Origin: an uncultured Terriglobales bacterium
Lineage (GTDB): Bacteria > Acidobacteriota > Terriglobia > Terriglobales > Acidobacteriaceae
Assembly: GCA_955652845.1 (NCBI GenBank)
Contig: CATPBY010000050.1
Coordinates: 1-33,192 of the forward strand
Direction: 5' to 3'
DNA length: 33,192 nt
Both the position numbers and the translations under genes were made by a program. Positions 1 to 7,635 of this stretch are shown piece by piece. The notes beneath the pieces were generated by a model. The model did no database searches and was not told where the DNA came from. It was given only the letters and a program-made list of their open reading frames with translations. The number at the start of each line of letters is the position of its first letter. The stretch's first letter is position 1.

Positions 1-141
1 CACGAAGCAGCCGCCTCGCTGCTCGACGCCGCTTTGCAAAAGGAACTGGCTGAAATCAAGCGGAGTTCGATTTCAGAGTTGGTTGCGACACGATATAAGA
101 AGTTCCGCAACATGGCGCAGTTTCTGCGGGTCGAAGAGTAG
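1..141 (+). CDS. accA: 3' end of an upstream gene (start outside the window); the tail resembles the C-terminus of acetyl-CoA carboxylase carboxyltransferase subunit alpha
   Basis: Frame 1 is open from base 1 to TAG at 139-141 (HEAAASLLDAALQKELAEIKRSSISELVATRYKKFRNMAQFLRVEE*). The RY-KFR-M ending matches my memory of AccA C-termini. Only 46 residues are visible, so the call is weak. Confidence 0.4.
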   Translation, partial: HEAAASLLDAALQKELAEIKRSSISELVATRYKKFRNMAQFLRVEE

Positions 142-301
142 TTCCACAGAAGTCTGGTTCAACGACAGGTACCTTCGTTTTCAGACCGTGGTTTCCTCGT
201 GTGCTCCCCGTCGCACATGCCGTATAATTGAGGGTTCTACTTCATCCATTAACAACGAAAATTGGCGGGCTAAACCCGCTCCGCTCAGGAAGGATCCAGG
301 A

Positions 302-2137
302 ATGGCCACCACCGATGTAGCGCTCCATGAAGCCTCGGGGCGATTAGAACCGAAGCGCGTTGTCAACAACATGAGCATCCAGGTTGCGACGGTGAACGGT
401 TCCGGTTCGCAGAGTTCCAACACTGTGCTGTTGCGCAGCATTTTCCAGATGGGAGTACCGGTTTCGGGCAAAAACCTCTTTCCGTCAAATATTGCAGGTT
501 TGCCCACCTGGTACACCATTCGCGCCAATAAAGACGGATACATCGCGCGCAAGAAGGAAATCGACTTTGTAGTGGCCATGAACCCGGAAACGGCGCAGGA
601 AGATGTAATGTCCCTGGCGCCGGGCGCCGCCGTTTTGTATGACGAACCGCTCAATCTCAGCGCGCTTCGTTCCGACCTGGTTTTTTATGCGGTCCCGTAC
701 GACAAACTGGTCGCTCCGGTATGTCCAGAAGCCAAGCTGCGCAAGTTGGTCAAGAACATGGTTTACGTGGGTGTGGTCGCCAGACTTCTCGAAATTGATA
801 TGGCTGAAGTAGAGAAGGCGATCCGCAAGCAGTTCGCTAAAAAGGTAAAGGCCGCCAATCTGAATCTGGCAGCCGTGCAGGCCGGCTACGATTATGCGGC
901 CTCGAATCTTCCCAAGCGCGACCCATATTTTATCCAGCGCATGGACAAGACCCAGGGCAAGATCATCATCGATGGAAACTCGGCGGCTGCGCTGGGCTGC
1001 ATGTTCGCGGGAGTGACGTTCGTCAGCTGGTATCCGATTACGCCATCCTCTTCGTTGCCGGAAAGCATCATTGAGTACATGAAGCGATTTCGAATTGGTG
1101 CGGATGGTAAAGCCACGTTTGCCATCATCCAGGCGGAGGACGAACTGGCCGCCATCGGGATGGTGGTTGGCGCCGGCTGGGCCGGAGCGCGCGCTATGAC
1201 CGCGACCGCAGGTCCCGGTATCTCGCTGATGGCGGAGTTTGCCGGACTGGCTTACTACGCCGAGATTCCGGGCGTCATCTGGGACATTCAGCGCGTCGGA
1301 CCCTCGACCGGCCTCCCGACTCGGACTTCGCAGGGGGACATTCTTTCGACTGCTTTCCTGTCCCACGGCGATACCAAGCACATCCTTCTGATTCCATGCT
1401 CGGCGGAAGAATGTTTCATCATGGCGCAAGACGCCTTCGAGCTGGCAGAGCAATTTCAGACTCTGGTTTTTGTTATGTCCGATCTCGACCTGGGTATGAA
1501 CAATTGGATGGCGGATCCTTTCCACTATCCCGAAAAACCCATCCATCGGGGGAAAATATTGGCGAAGGAAGACCTGGACCGTCTTGGCGGATTCGCCCGT
1601 TACAAGGATGTCGATGGTGACGGTATCGGCTACCGCACATTGCCGGGCACCGACCACCCTGCGGCTGCGTATTTCACCCGAGGCAGCGGGCATAACGAGA
1701 AGTCCCAGTACAGCGAGCGTCCGGACGACTTTGAACAAAACATGGAGCGCATTAATCGTAAGTTTGAGACCGCGCGCTCTTTTGTGCCGCGACCCGAGGT
1801 TTCAACCGGAAAGTCGAAAATCGGATTTATCGCCTATGGCACTTCGCACTGGGCGATCATTGAAAGCCGCGACCAGTTGCGCGAAGAGTACGGCGTTGAA
1901 ACCGATTATCTGCGGCTTCGCGCCTACCCGTTTACCCGGGAGGTGCATGAGTTCGTAAAGCAGCACGACCGCGTTTACGTGGTGGAGCAAAACCGCGATG
2001 CGCAGATGTTGAGTCTTCTCAAGCTTGATCTCGAACCAGGCCTGCTGACGCGCCTGCGCAGCATCGCGCATATTCACGGATTGCCGCTCGACGCGCGTTC
2101 GGTGACCGACGAACTCATGACCATGGAGGGCAAGTAA
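302..2137 (+). CDS. korA: 2-oxoacid (2-oxoglutarate-type):ferredoxin oxidoreductase, fused gamma/alpha subunit
   Basis: The ORF-track entry 83-2137 starts at a TTG. ATG at 302 (MATTDV...) follows AGGAAGGA and fits the family length. A gamma-like N-terminal domain (VATVNGSGSQSSN, NLFPSNIAGLPTWY) is followed by an alpha domain (IIIDGNSAAALG, WYPITPSS). The stop abuts the beta-subunit start (TAA ATG at 2135-2140). Confidence 0.85.
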   Translation: MATTDVALHEASGRLEPKRVVNNMSIQVATVNGSGSQSSNTVLLRSIFQMGVPVSGKNLFPSNIAGLPTWYTIRANKDGYIARKKEIDFVVAMNPETAQEDVMSLAPGAAVLYDEPLNLSALRSDLVFYAVPYDKLVAPVCPEAKLRKLVKNMVYVGVVARLLEIDMAEVEKAIRKQFAKKVKAANLNLAAVQAGYDYAASNLPKRDPYFIQRMDKTQGKIIIDGNSAAALGCMFAGVTFVSWYPITPSSSLPESIIEYMKRFRIGADGKATFAIIQAEDELAAIGMVVGAGWAGARAMTATAGPGISLMAEFAGLAYYAEIPGVIWDIQRVGPSTGLPTRTSQGDILSTAFLSHGDTKHILLIPCSAEECFIMAQDAFELAEQFQTLVFVMSDLDLGMNNWMADPFHYPEKPIHRGKILAKEDLDRLGGFARYKDVDGDGIGYRTLPGTDHPAAAYFTRGSGHNEKSQYSERPDDFEQNMERINRKFETARSFVPRPEVSTGKSKIGFIAYGTSHWAIIESRDQLREEYGVETDYLRLRAYPFTREVHEFVKQHDRVYVVEQNRDAQMLSLLKLDLEPGLLTRLRSIAHIHGLPLDARSVTDELMTMEGK

Positions 2138-3178
2138 ATGGCAACCACACCGGCCAGTACCCCTAAACTCAATCGTGTCGGACTCTCCGTGGTCGATTAC
2201 CGCGGCGGTAAGACCACGCTATGCGCCGGCTGCGGGCACAATGCCATCTCCGAGCGCATCATTGACGCGATGTACGAAATGGGCGTGGCGCCGGAGCGGG
2301 TGGCCAAATTGAGCGGAATCGGCTGCTCCTCGAAAAGCCCGGCGTACTTCATGGGACGCTCTCACAGTTTCAACGCAGTACACGGCCGCATGCCTTCAGT
2401 CGCGACCGGCGCGATGCTGGCGAATCGCAACCTGCTGGCGCTCGGCGTCAGCGGCGATGGCGACTCTGCTTCGATTGGCATGGGGCAGTTTGTCCATCTT
2501 ATGCGCCGCAATCTTCCAATGATTTACATCATCGAAGATAACGGGGTGTATGGTTTGACCAAAGGCCAGTTCTCAGCCACTGCGGACCTCGGATCAAAGC
2601 TGAAAACCGGCGTGATCAATGACTTGCCACCCATCGATACCTGCGCCATGGCCATCACTCTGGGCGCTACTTTTGTGGGCCGTTCGTTTTCCGGGGATAA
2701 GAGGCAACTCCATTCCATGCTGAAGGCCGCGATTGCCCACAAAGGCACGGTCATGCTTGACGTGGTCTCACCCTGCGTGACCTTTAATGATCATGAGGGT
2801 TCGACCAAATCCTACAAATATATGAAGGACCACGACGAACCTTTACAGGAAATCAGCTTTGTTCCGGTCTTTGAGGATATCGCGGTCGAATACGACGCCG
2901 GCACAACAGTCGAAGTGACTATGCATGACGGCTCCCGCCTGCGCTTGCGCAAACTGGAAGAAGATTACGATCCCACCGATCGGATCAAATCCATTACGCG
3001 CTTACATGAAGCTCACGATGCCGGCGAAGTGCTGACCGGCGTTTTCTACGTCAACACGCAGACACCAAGTTTCGTTGACCTGTTGAACCTCACGGAACAG
3101 CCACTCGCCACTTTGCCTGAGTCGGTTGTTCGCCCTGGCAGGGAAGTGCTGGAGCAGGCCATGGAAGAGCTGCGATAA
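2138..3178 (+). CDS. korB: 2-oxoacid:ferredoxin oxidoreductase beta subunit (TPP-binding)
   Basis: It has an N-terminal Cys cluster (CAGCGHN) and a TPP-binding motif (GDGDSASIGMGQF...EDNGVYGLTKGQ). The start lies directly after the korA stop. Confidence 0.9.
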   Translation: MATTPASTPKLNRVGLSVVDYRGGKTTLCAGCGHNAISERIIDAMYEMGVAPERVAKLSGIGCSSKSPAYFMGRSHSFNAVHGRMPSVATGAMLANRNLLALGVSGDGDSASIGMGQFVHLMRRNLPMIYIIEDNGVYGLTKGQFSATADLGSKLKTGVINDLPPIDTCAMAITLGATFVGRSFSGDKRQLHSMLKAAIAHKGTVMLDVVSPCVTFNDHEGSTKSYKYMKDHDEPLQEISFVPVFEDIAVEYDAGTTVEVTMHDGSRLRLRKLEEDYDPTDRIKSITRLHEAHDAGEVLTGVFYVNTQTPSFVDLLNLTEQPLATLPESVVRPGREVLEQAMEELR

Positions 3179-3243
3179 TCCACTTCACGTCTCACCCATT
3201 TGCGGACAGCGTCATTTATCGGACGGTTTCTGCAACTCTCTCA

Positions 3244-4845
3244 TTGCCAATGACATCTGAGAAACGATCGTTCGCGGGGGCGGCTGTGGTCTTGGAGACC
3301 CTAAGTGCTCGACGTAGTGCTCCTTCTACCGGGAAATTAGTGCTCATAGCGGTTGCGGCAACGTTCGTTGTCCTTCTGTTAGCGATAACGTTTGCAACCC
3401 GCCATGCTGACCCCTACCTGCGGGCCCGCGCCGTCGAGATGCTTCGGGAAAAATTTCATGGTGATGTCGAGCTGCGTGAATTCAAGGTATTTCTGTGGCC
3501 TCAAGTAAGGATTGAGGGATCCGGGCTGAGACTTTGGCACCAGGGCCAGACCGACCTGCCACCGTTGATTTCGGTTGGCGAATTCTCAGCCGACGCGGGT
3601 TTGCGCGGGCTGGTCGGACGACCATGGACGATTCACCAGGTCAGACTGAAAGGACTGGTAATTCAGATTCCCCCGGCGGGACAGCGGGCTAAGCAAGACT
3701 GGTCAAGAGTACGAGATATGCCGGTCTTTATCGATGAGCTTATATCGGACGATGGGGAACTACGGCTTCTGCCGAAGTCGGCGGATAAAGAACCGCACGT
3801 CTTTGAACTTCATCATCTGGTCCTGCATTCTGTAGGGCTGGGGAAACCCGCGAATTTCAGTGCTCAATTGAGCAATGCGGTTCCTCCCGGAGAGATCAAC
3901 GCTCAGGGCAGCTTTGGGCCCTGGAACCCCGACTACCCCGGCCAAACTCCCCTGGCCGCTGATTATGCTATGACGAAAGCTGATCTCGGCGTTTTCAGGG
4001 GCATTCGTGGCATCTTGTCTTCGCAAGGAAAATTTGGAGGCGCGCTGAACAAGATCGAAGTCGAGGGCACGACCGAGACTCCAGACTTCAGCCTTCGAAC
4101 TGGCGAACACCCGGTGTCACTGCAGACCACCTTCAGCGCCACGGTGGATGGCACCAACGGAAATACGCTACTTCACCCTGTGCACGCGCACTTCCTTAAT
4201 TCATTCGTGACCGCGAGCGGCGAAGTGGTCAAAAAGCCGGGCAGCAAGGGCCGCAATATCACCCTCGATGTCGTTGTAGATAAGGGCAGGCTTGAGGACA
4301 TGCTGCGGCTGGCGGTTAAGTCGGAGAAGGCCATCATGACGGGCGCTCTCAAGCTGAGAACGAAGTTCAACCTTCGACCAGCTGAAGGCGATATCATCGA
4401 TCGTTTGACGCTCAAGGGAAACTTTGGAGTGGGAGGAGCCGAATTCACCAATCCAGATGTAAGCGCCAAGATTCAAACCCTGAGCCGCAAAGCCCAAGGC
4501 AAACCGGGAAATGAGGACGCGGGCAGCAGCGTATCGGAATTAAAAGGTAACTTTCTGTTGAATGATGGAGTCGTTACCTTCCGGGGGCTGACTTTTAGCG
4601 TGGTCGGAGCCGACGTGGGACTCGATGGCGGTTACAACCTGGATAAAGAGTCTTTGGACTTCCACGGCAAACTAAAGATGTCAGCCAAGCTATCTCAGAC
4701 TATGACCGGCTTCAAATCATTTTTCTTGAAGCCGTTTGATCCATTCTTTCGCAAAGACGGCGCCACCGTGCTTCCCATCAAAATCACTGGGACACGAGAC
4801 CATCCCTCTTTCGGGCTGGATTTTCATCACAAAAATACGCTCTAG
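3244..4845 (+). CDS. AsmA-family envelope protein (N-terminal membrane anchor, long beta-rich periplasmic region)
   Basis: One N-terminal TM segment (LVLIAVAATFVVLLLAITFA) is followed by about 480 aa of hydrophilic, beta-type sequence. The C-terminal tail (GATVLPIKITGTRDHPSFGLDF) is typical of AsmA-like C-terminal regions. The track start 3244 is TTG; ATG at 3250 is an alternative start. Confidence 0.6.
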   Translation: MPMTSEKRSFAGAAVVLETLSARRSAPSTGKLVLIAVAATFVVLLLAITFATRHADPYLRARAVEMLREKFHGDVELREFKVFLWPQVRIEGSGLRLWHQGQTDLPPLISVGEFSADAGLRGLVGRPWTIHQVRLKGLVIQIPPAGQRAKQDWSRVRDMPVFIDELISDDGELRLLPKSADKEPHVFELHHLVLHSVGLGKPANFSAQLSNAVPPGEINAQGSFGPWNPDYPGQTPLAADYAMTKADLGVFRGIRGILSSQGKFGGALNKIEVEGTTETPDFSLRTGEHPVSLQTTFSATVDGTNGNTLLHPVHAHFLNSFVTASGEVVKKPGSKGRNITLDVVVDKGRLEDMLRLAVKSEKAIMTGALKLRTKFNLRPAEGDIIDRLTLKGNFGVGGAEFTNPDVSAKIQTLSRKAQGKPGNEDAGSSVSELKGNFLLNDGVVTFRGLTFSVVGADVGLDGGYNLDKESLDFHGKLKMSAKLSQTMTGFKSFFLKPFDPFFRKDGATVLPIKITGTRDHPSFGLDFHHKNTL

Positions 4846-5060
4846 GCAACATCATCCACGGGGCGCTTGGAAGGCTCCTGGGGTTCTCCGCTGTGTTCAG
4901 GATTCCCCCCAGGCTCGGGAAAATCGGTGTCGGCGGATTTCAGCCGCGGATCCTGATCGCGATGTCCGATCTGGCCTTGCAACCCACTGTTACCCGGCGT
5001 CTCGTCCCCATCATGCTCCACGGCGCCTTTACCGCGGTCCTGGTCTTTACCATCGCGCAT
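4842..5060 (-). CDS. small (72 aa) highly charged, Gly/Asp/Pro-rich hydrophilic protein, function unknown
   Basis: ATG at 5060 is preceded by a perfect AGGAGG with a 9-nt spacer (minus-strand reading ctcccAGGAGGaatcctataATG). There are no hydrophobic segments. Its stop overlaps the AsmA-like stop in a CTAG at 4842-4845. The competing plus-strand ORFs have no ribosome-binding site. Confidence 0.45.
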   Translation of the reverse strand: MRDGKDQDRGKGAVEHDGDETPGNSGLQGQIGHRDQDPRLKSADTDFPEPGGNPEHSGEPQEPSKRPVDDVA

Positions 5061-5185
5061 TATAGGATTCCTCCTGGGAGTTCATACGGTTAATCCCCGC
5101 TTGTCAGCGTACCCCAAATTTTTTCTTTGCGGAAGGGGATAACGCTGTATATATGTAGCAGGCATTTCCCATTCAGGAGTTAGCG

Positions 5186-5356
5186 ATGAAAGGTCTTCTC
5201 ATTTCACTTGTGCTGTTCACATTGACACTCGCGGCCCCTGCGGCCCTCCCAAGTTCCCGACAATCGGAAAAGCCGTCCAAGCGAGCAAATCACCATAAGG
5301 CCCATCGAGCTGGACACCACAGCAAACCACGCCACGGACATCACACAGGCGCATAG
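5186..5356 (+). CDS. small secreted histidine-rich basic peptide (56 aa), not in the supplied ORF track
   Basis: ATG at 5186 lies 7 nt after AGGAG (5175-5179). The translation is MKGLLISLVLFTLTLAAPAALPSSRQSEKPSKRANHHKAHRAGHHSKPRHGHHTGA*, with TAG at 5354-5356. It has a classic signal peptide (n-region K, hydrophobic core, APA-A site). The mature part carries 9 His and many Lys/Arg. Confidence 0.55.
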   Translation: MKGLLISLVLFTLTLAAPAALPSSRQSEKPSKRANHHKAHRAGHHSKPRHGHHTGA

Positions 5357-5506
5357 TACGACGGCTCAGGAGAAATGAGTCGAATTGCCATCTCCGGGCC
5401 TGACAACGCGAACTCCTACTCTGGCCACTACACCCGAGGCTGGTGACCTTCGTTTTCGCTGCGACGCGGCATCCTGCCCTAGAATGCTCTCAGCGAAGGT
5501 TCGCTA

Positions 5507-5818
5507 ATGACCGCTCCCACTACTCTTTTTCGGCCTTTTTTCCGACTGATAAAAATCACGATTCTAGGCACGCAATTTGACGTGCCGGAAAACAATACCC
5601 TGCTGCGCTGCTTTCAGTATCTGGCGCCGGAACCGGTTTCCTATGGTCGTTTCTGCTGGAACGAGGATTGTCAGTATTGCCGGGTAACGTTCGATCTGGG
5701 GGAAAGAGGCGCGAGCCGGACCGCTCTCTCCTGCAAATTAATGGTAGAAGCGGATATGCGAGTAACCGAAGCGGCGGCAGAAATCAGATATTGTTCGAGG
5801 ACGCTCAATCTCAAATAA
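5507..5818 (+). CDS. small [2Fe-2S] ferredoxin-like (beta-grasp) protein, putative
   Basis: GAAGG lies 8 nt upstream of the ATG. A Cys-x4-Cys-x2-Cys motif (CWNEDCQYC) plus a downstream Cys (SCK) matches plant/vertebrate-type 2Fe-2S spacing. The N-terminal segment IKITILGTQFDVPENNTLL resembles Fer2-type domains. Confidence 0.45.
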   Translation: MTAPTTLFRPFFRLIKITILGTQFDVPENNTLLRCFQYLAPEPVSYGRFCWNEDCQYCRVTFDLGERGASRTALSCKLMVEADMRVTEAAAEIRYCSRTLNLK

Positions 5819-5852
5819 GAGAAATAAGCGCGCGCCTGTATCGGTCTAAATC

Positions 5853-6698
5853 CTACTGGGCGGCCCTATGAGAAGTAGTTCCTGCCACTGGCACTCCCAG
5901 CTTGCGCAGGCGGTCGCGAGCCTGGGTGGCTTCGTTCGATCGCGGGTAGCGCTGAACCACGTGGCGCAACTCGGAAATACCATCCTCTTTCTGCCCCAGT
6001 TCGATCAGTGCGAATCCTTTTTTTAACTGAGCCGCAGCGGCTTTGTTTCCGCTGGGAAAGTCCTGCATAACCTGGTCGTAATTCTTGGCCGCCTGCTGGT
6101 AGTTCCCCTGCCGGTACTGGATTTCCGCCAGGTAAAAATATGAATTTCCGGTCAGATCGGTGTTGGGATAGTACTTGATGTAGTCAGAGAACTCCTGCGT
6201 GGCCAGGTCATTCTTGCCGGCGTTGTAATCGCGCAGGCCATTGTTGTAAAGCACGTCCGGCGGCGGGGCCTGCGCCTGCTGTTGCTGTTGCGATTGCTGT
6301 GCGGCCAGGTTCTGCTGAGCCGACTGCATGTCTTCCAATTGCTTGCTGACTTTGGCCAGCCGGGCTTTCAATTCATCCATGGTGTCATTCAACGCCTGGA
6401 TCTGCCCGGACAGTTGGTCCACATGGGCGCCGCTATCGCTCTGCTGTTTCTGCAACGTAGTCTGCAGATTGGTGATGGCAGTTACCGCCTTGTTCATGCT
6501 GTCGGTATTCTGGTCCATCAGGTTTTTCATGATGCCCATGCGCTCATCGAACGACTGACGCATTTGCGTCATCTGGTCCTGCAATGCCTGCACCTGGGTT
6601 TGCAGTTGAATCATCTCTTTGCTGGCGCCCCAAGCCGGCGTCAGGGTGAGCCATAGACCGGTGATGCCAATCACGATGGAATAACGTTGGATTCTCAT
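5853..6698 (-). CDS. cpoB: Tol-Pal system periplasmic protein CpoB/YbgF (coiled coil plus TPR)
   Basis: It is the last gene of the Tol-Pal cluster. ATG at 6698 gives MRIQRYSIVIGITGLWLTLTPAWGA (signal peptide); the track start 6842 is an upstream extension. A Gln-rich coiled coil (QLQTQVQALQDQMTQM...QQSQQQQQAQ) is followed by a C-terminal TPR-like region (YFYLAEIQYRQGNYQQAAKNY). Confidence 0.8.
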   Translation of the reverse strand: MRIQRYSIVIGITGLWLTLTPAWGASKEMIQLQTQVQALQDQMTQMRQSFDERMGIMKNLMDQNTDSMNKAVTAITNLQTTLQKQQSDSGAHVDQLSGQIQALNDTMDELKARLAKVSKQLEDMQSAQQNLAAQQSQQQQQAQAPPPDVLYNNGLRDYNAGKNDLATQEFSDYIKYYPNTDLTGNSYFYLAEIQYRQGNYQQAAKNYDQVMQDFPSGNKAAAAQLKKGFALIELGQKEDGISELRHVVQRYPRSNEATQARDRLRKLGVPVAGTTSHRAAQ

Positions 6699-6866
6699 AA
6701 TTAATCCCCGGGCTGCGAAAAACGAGACGACGAAGTCAGCCGCCTGTTGGACAGAAAGCCCATGGTGTAGGATAACCCGCTGCGGACGCGGTAGGTAAGT
6801 CCTACCGCAAACGATGGAACTAGAACTAATGAGGCGAGCCAATTCAGCCCGCCCCAGATCCAGCGT

Positions 6867-7598
6867 CTACTTCTGATAAACAAAGTGACCGCGGCGGTTC
6901 TGCTGCCAGCAACTCTCATTGGACTGGGTGCAGAACGGCTTCTCCTTACCGTAGCTGATGGTCTTGATGTGATCCCCGCCAATGCCGGATTGCACCAAAG
7001 CATTCCGCACGGCGTTGGCGCGGCTGTCGCCCAGCGCCAGGTTGTACTCTGTGGATCCCCGTTCGTCACAATGTCCTTCGATAGTAAAGGCGATGTTGGG
7101 ATGTTGCTTCAGAAAACCAGCATCGGCCTGCAAAGCGGACTGCTGGTCGGGCCGAATGTCACTCTTATCATAGTCAAAGAAAACATCTTTCACATTCTGC
7201 GAGAACAACTCTTCTTCCGTTCCGGAAGATGAAGGTGGCGGCGGCGCTCCTGCGGTTACCGTAACCCGCGCCGTGGCGTCTTGAGTTCCTCCCGCTCCTT
7301 TGGCGGTCAGGTGATAGGTCGTTGACTCCGCCGGAGTCACCGCCTGCGATCCGTTGGGTTCCACCGCTCCAATACCGTCGATGCTTACATCGGTAGCATT
7401 GGTAGTCTGCCAGGTCAGGGTGGTGGATTGTCCTTTCTCAATGGTGTTGGGATTGGCTGTGAGTGAAGCCGTCGGTTCAGTCGGAGCCGGTGGCGCCGGC
7501 GGCGGTGGTGGCGGTACTTTCTTTTTGCAGGCGGCCAACATCATAATGGCGCCCAGTACGAACACCATGGTAATGCACTGCAATTTTCGCTGCTTCAC
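6867..7598 (-). CDS. pal: peptidoglycan-associated lipoprotein Pal (OmpA-like) with an extra Ig-like domain
   Basis: GTG at 7598 follows GGGGAGGA with a 5-nt spacer. It has a lipobox (MMLAAC), a Pro-rich linker and a roughly 70-aa beta-sandwich-like insert. The OmpA-like domain follows (FFDYDKSDIRPD, EGHCDERGSTEYNLALGDSRANAV). Confidence 0.85.
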   Translation of the reverse strand: MKQRKLQCITMVFVLGAIMMLAACKKKVPPPPPPAPPAPTEPTASLTANPNTIEKGQSTTLTWQTTNATDVSIDGIGAVEPNGSQAVTPAESTTYHLTAKGAGGTQDATARVTVTAGAPPPPSSSGTEEELFSQNVKDVFFDYDKSDIRPDQQSALQADAGFLKQHPNIAFTIEGHCDERGSTEYNLALGDSRANAVRNALVQSGIGGDHIKTISYGKEKPFCTQSNESCWQQNRRGHFVYQK

Positions 7599-7635
7599 TT
7601 TCGTCCTCCCCTTCGAAATCGCGCGCGCTAACAAA

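Noticed and set aside
83-301. N-terminal extensions implied by the ORF-track starts (korA 83, cpoB 6842, pal 7634, tolQ 10993, recN 10976, hpnG 16986, MDR2 18953)
   Set aside because: The extensions begin at TTG or GTG or add non-homologous, Arg/Ser-rich residues ahead of canonical family N-termini or signal peptides. Internal starts with better ribosome-binding sites or family fit were preferred. The exact starts remain unverified.
485-1738. 417-aa minus-strand ORF antisense to korA
   Set aside because: It lies entirely inside the well-supported korA frame. The translation is Arg/Gly/His-rich with no recognisable motifs, typical of a shadow ORF in GC-rich DNA. The other short ORFs overlapping korA/korB were rejected for the same reason.
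4736-5093. Plus-strand ORFs 4736-5065 and 4893-5093 in the gap after the AsmA-like gene
   Set aside because: They have no ribosome-binding site, and one starts inside the AsmA-like gene. The minus-strand ORF has a perfect AGGAGG and was preferred, though strand assignment here is only moderately confident.
5889-5905. Sigma-54-like TGGCAC...TTGC element
   Set aside because: The spacing is wrong, with 7 nt rather than 5 nt between TGGCAC and TTGC. It also lies inside the cpoB coding region on the opposite strand. A similar TGGCAC-N5-TTCA at about 24300 is inside the radical-SAM gene.
7480-7530. GGC/GGT-rich low-complexity DNA as a possible repeat element
   Set aside because: It is the antisense of the CCN codons that encode the PPPPPPAPPAP linker of Pal. 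It is coding low complexity, not a mobile or structural repeat.
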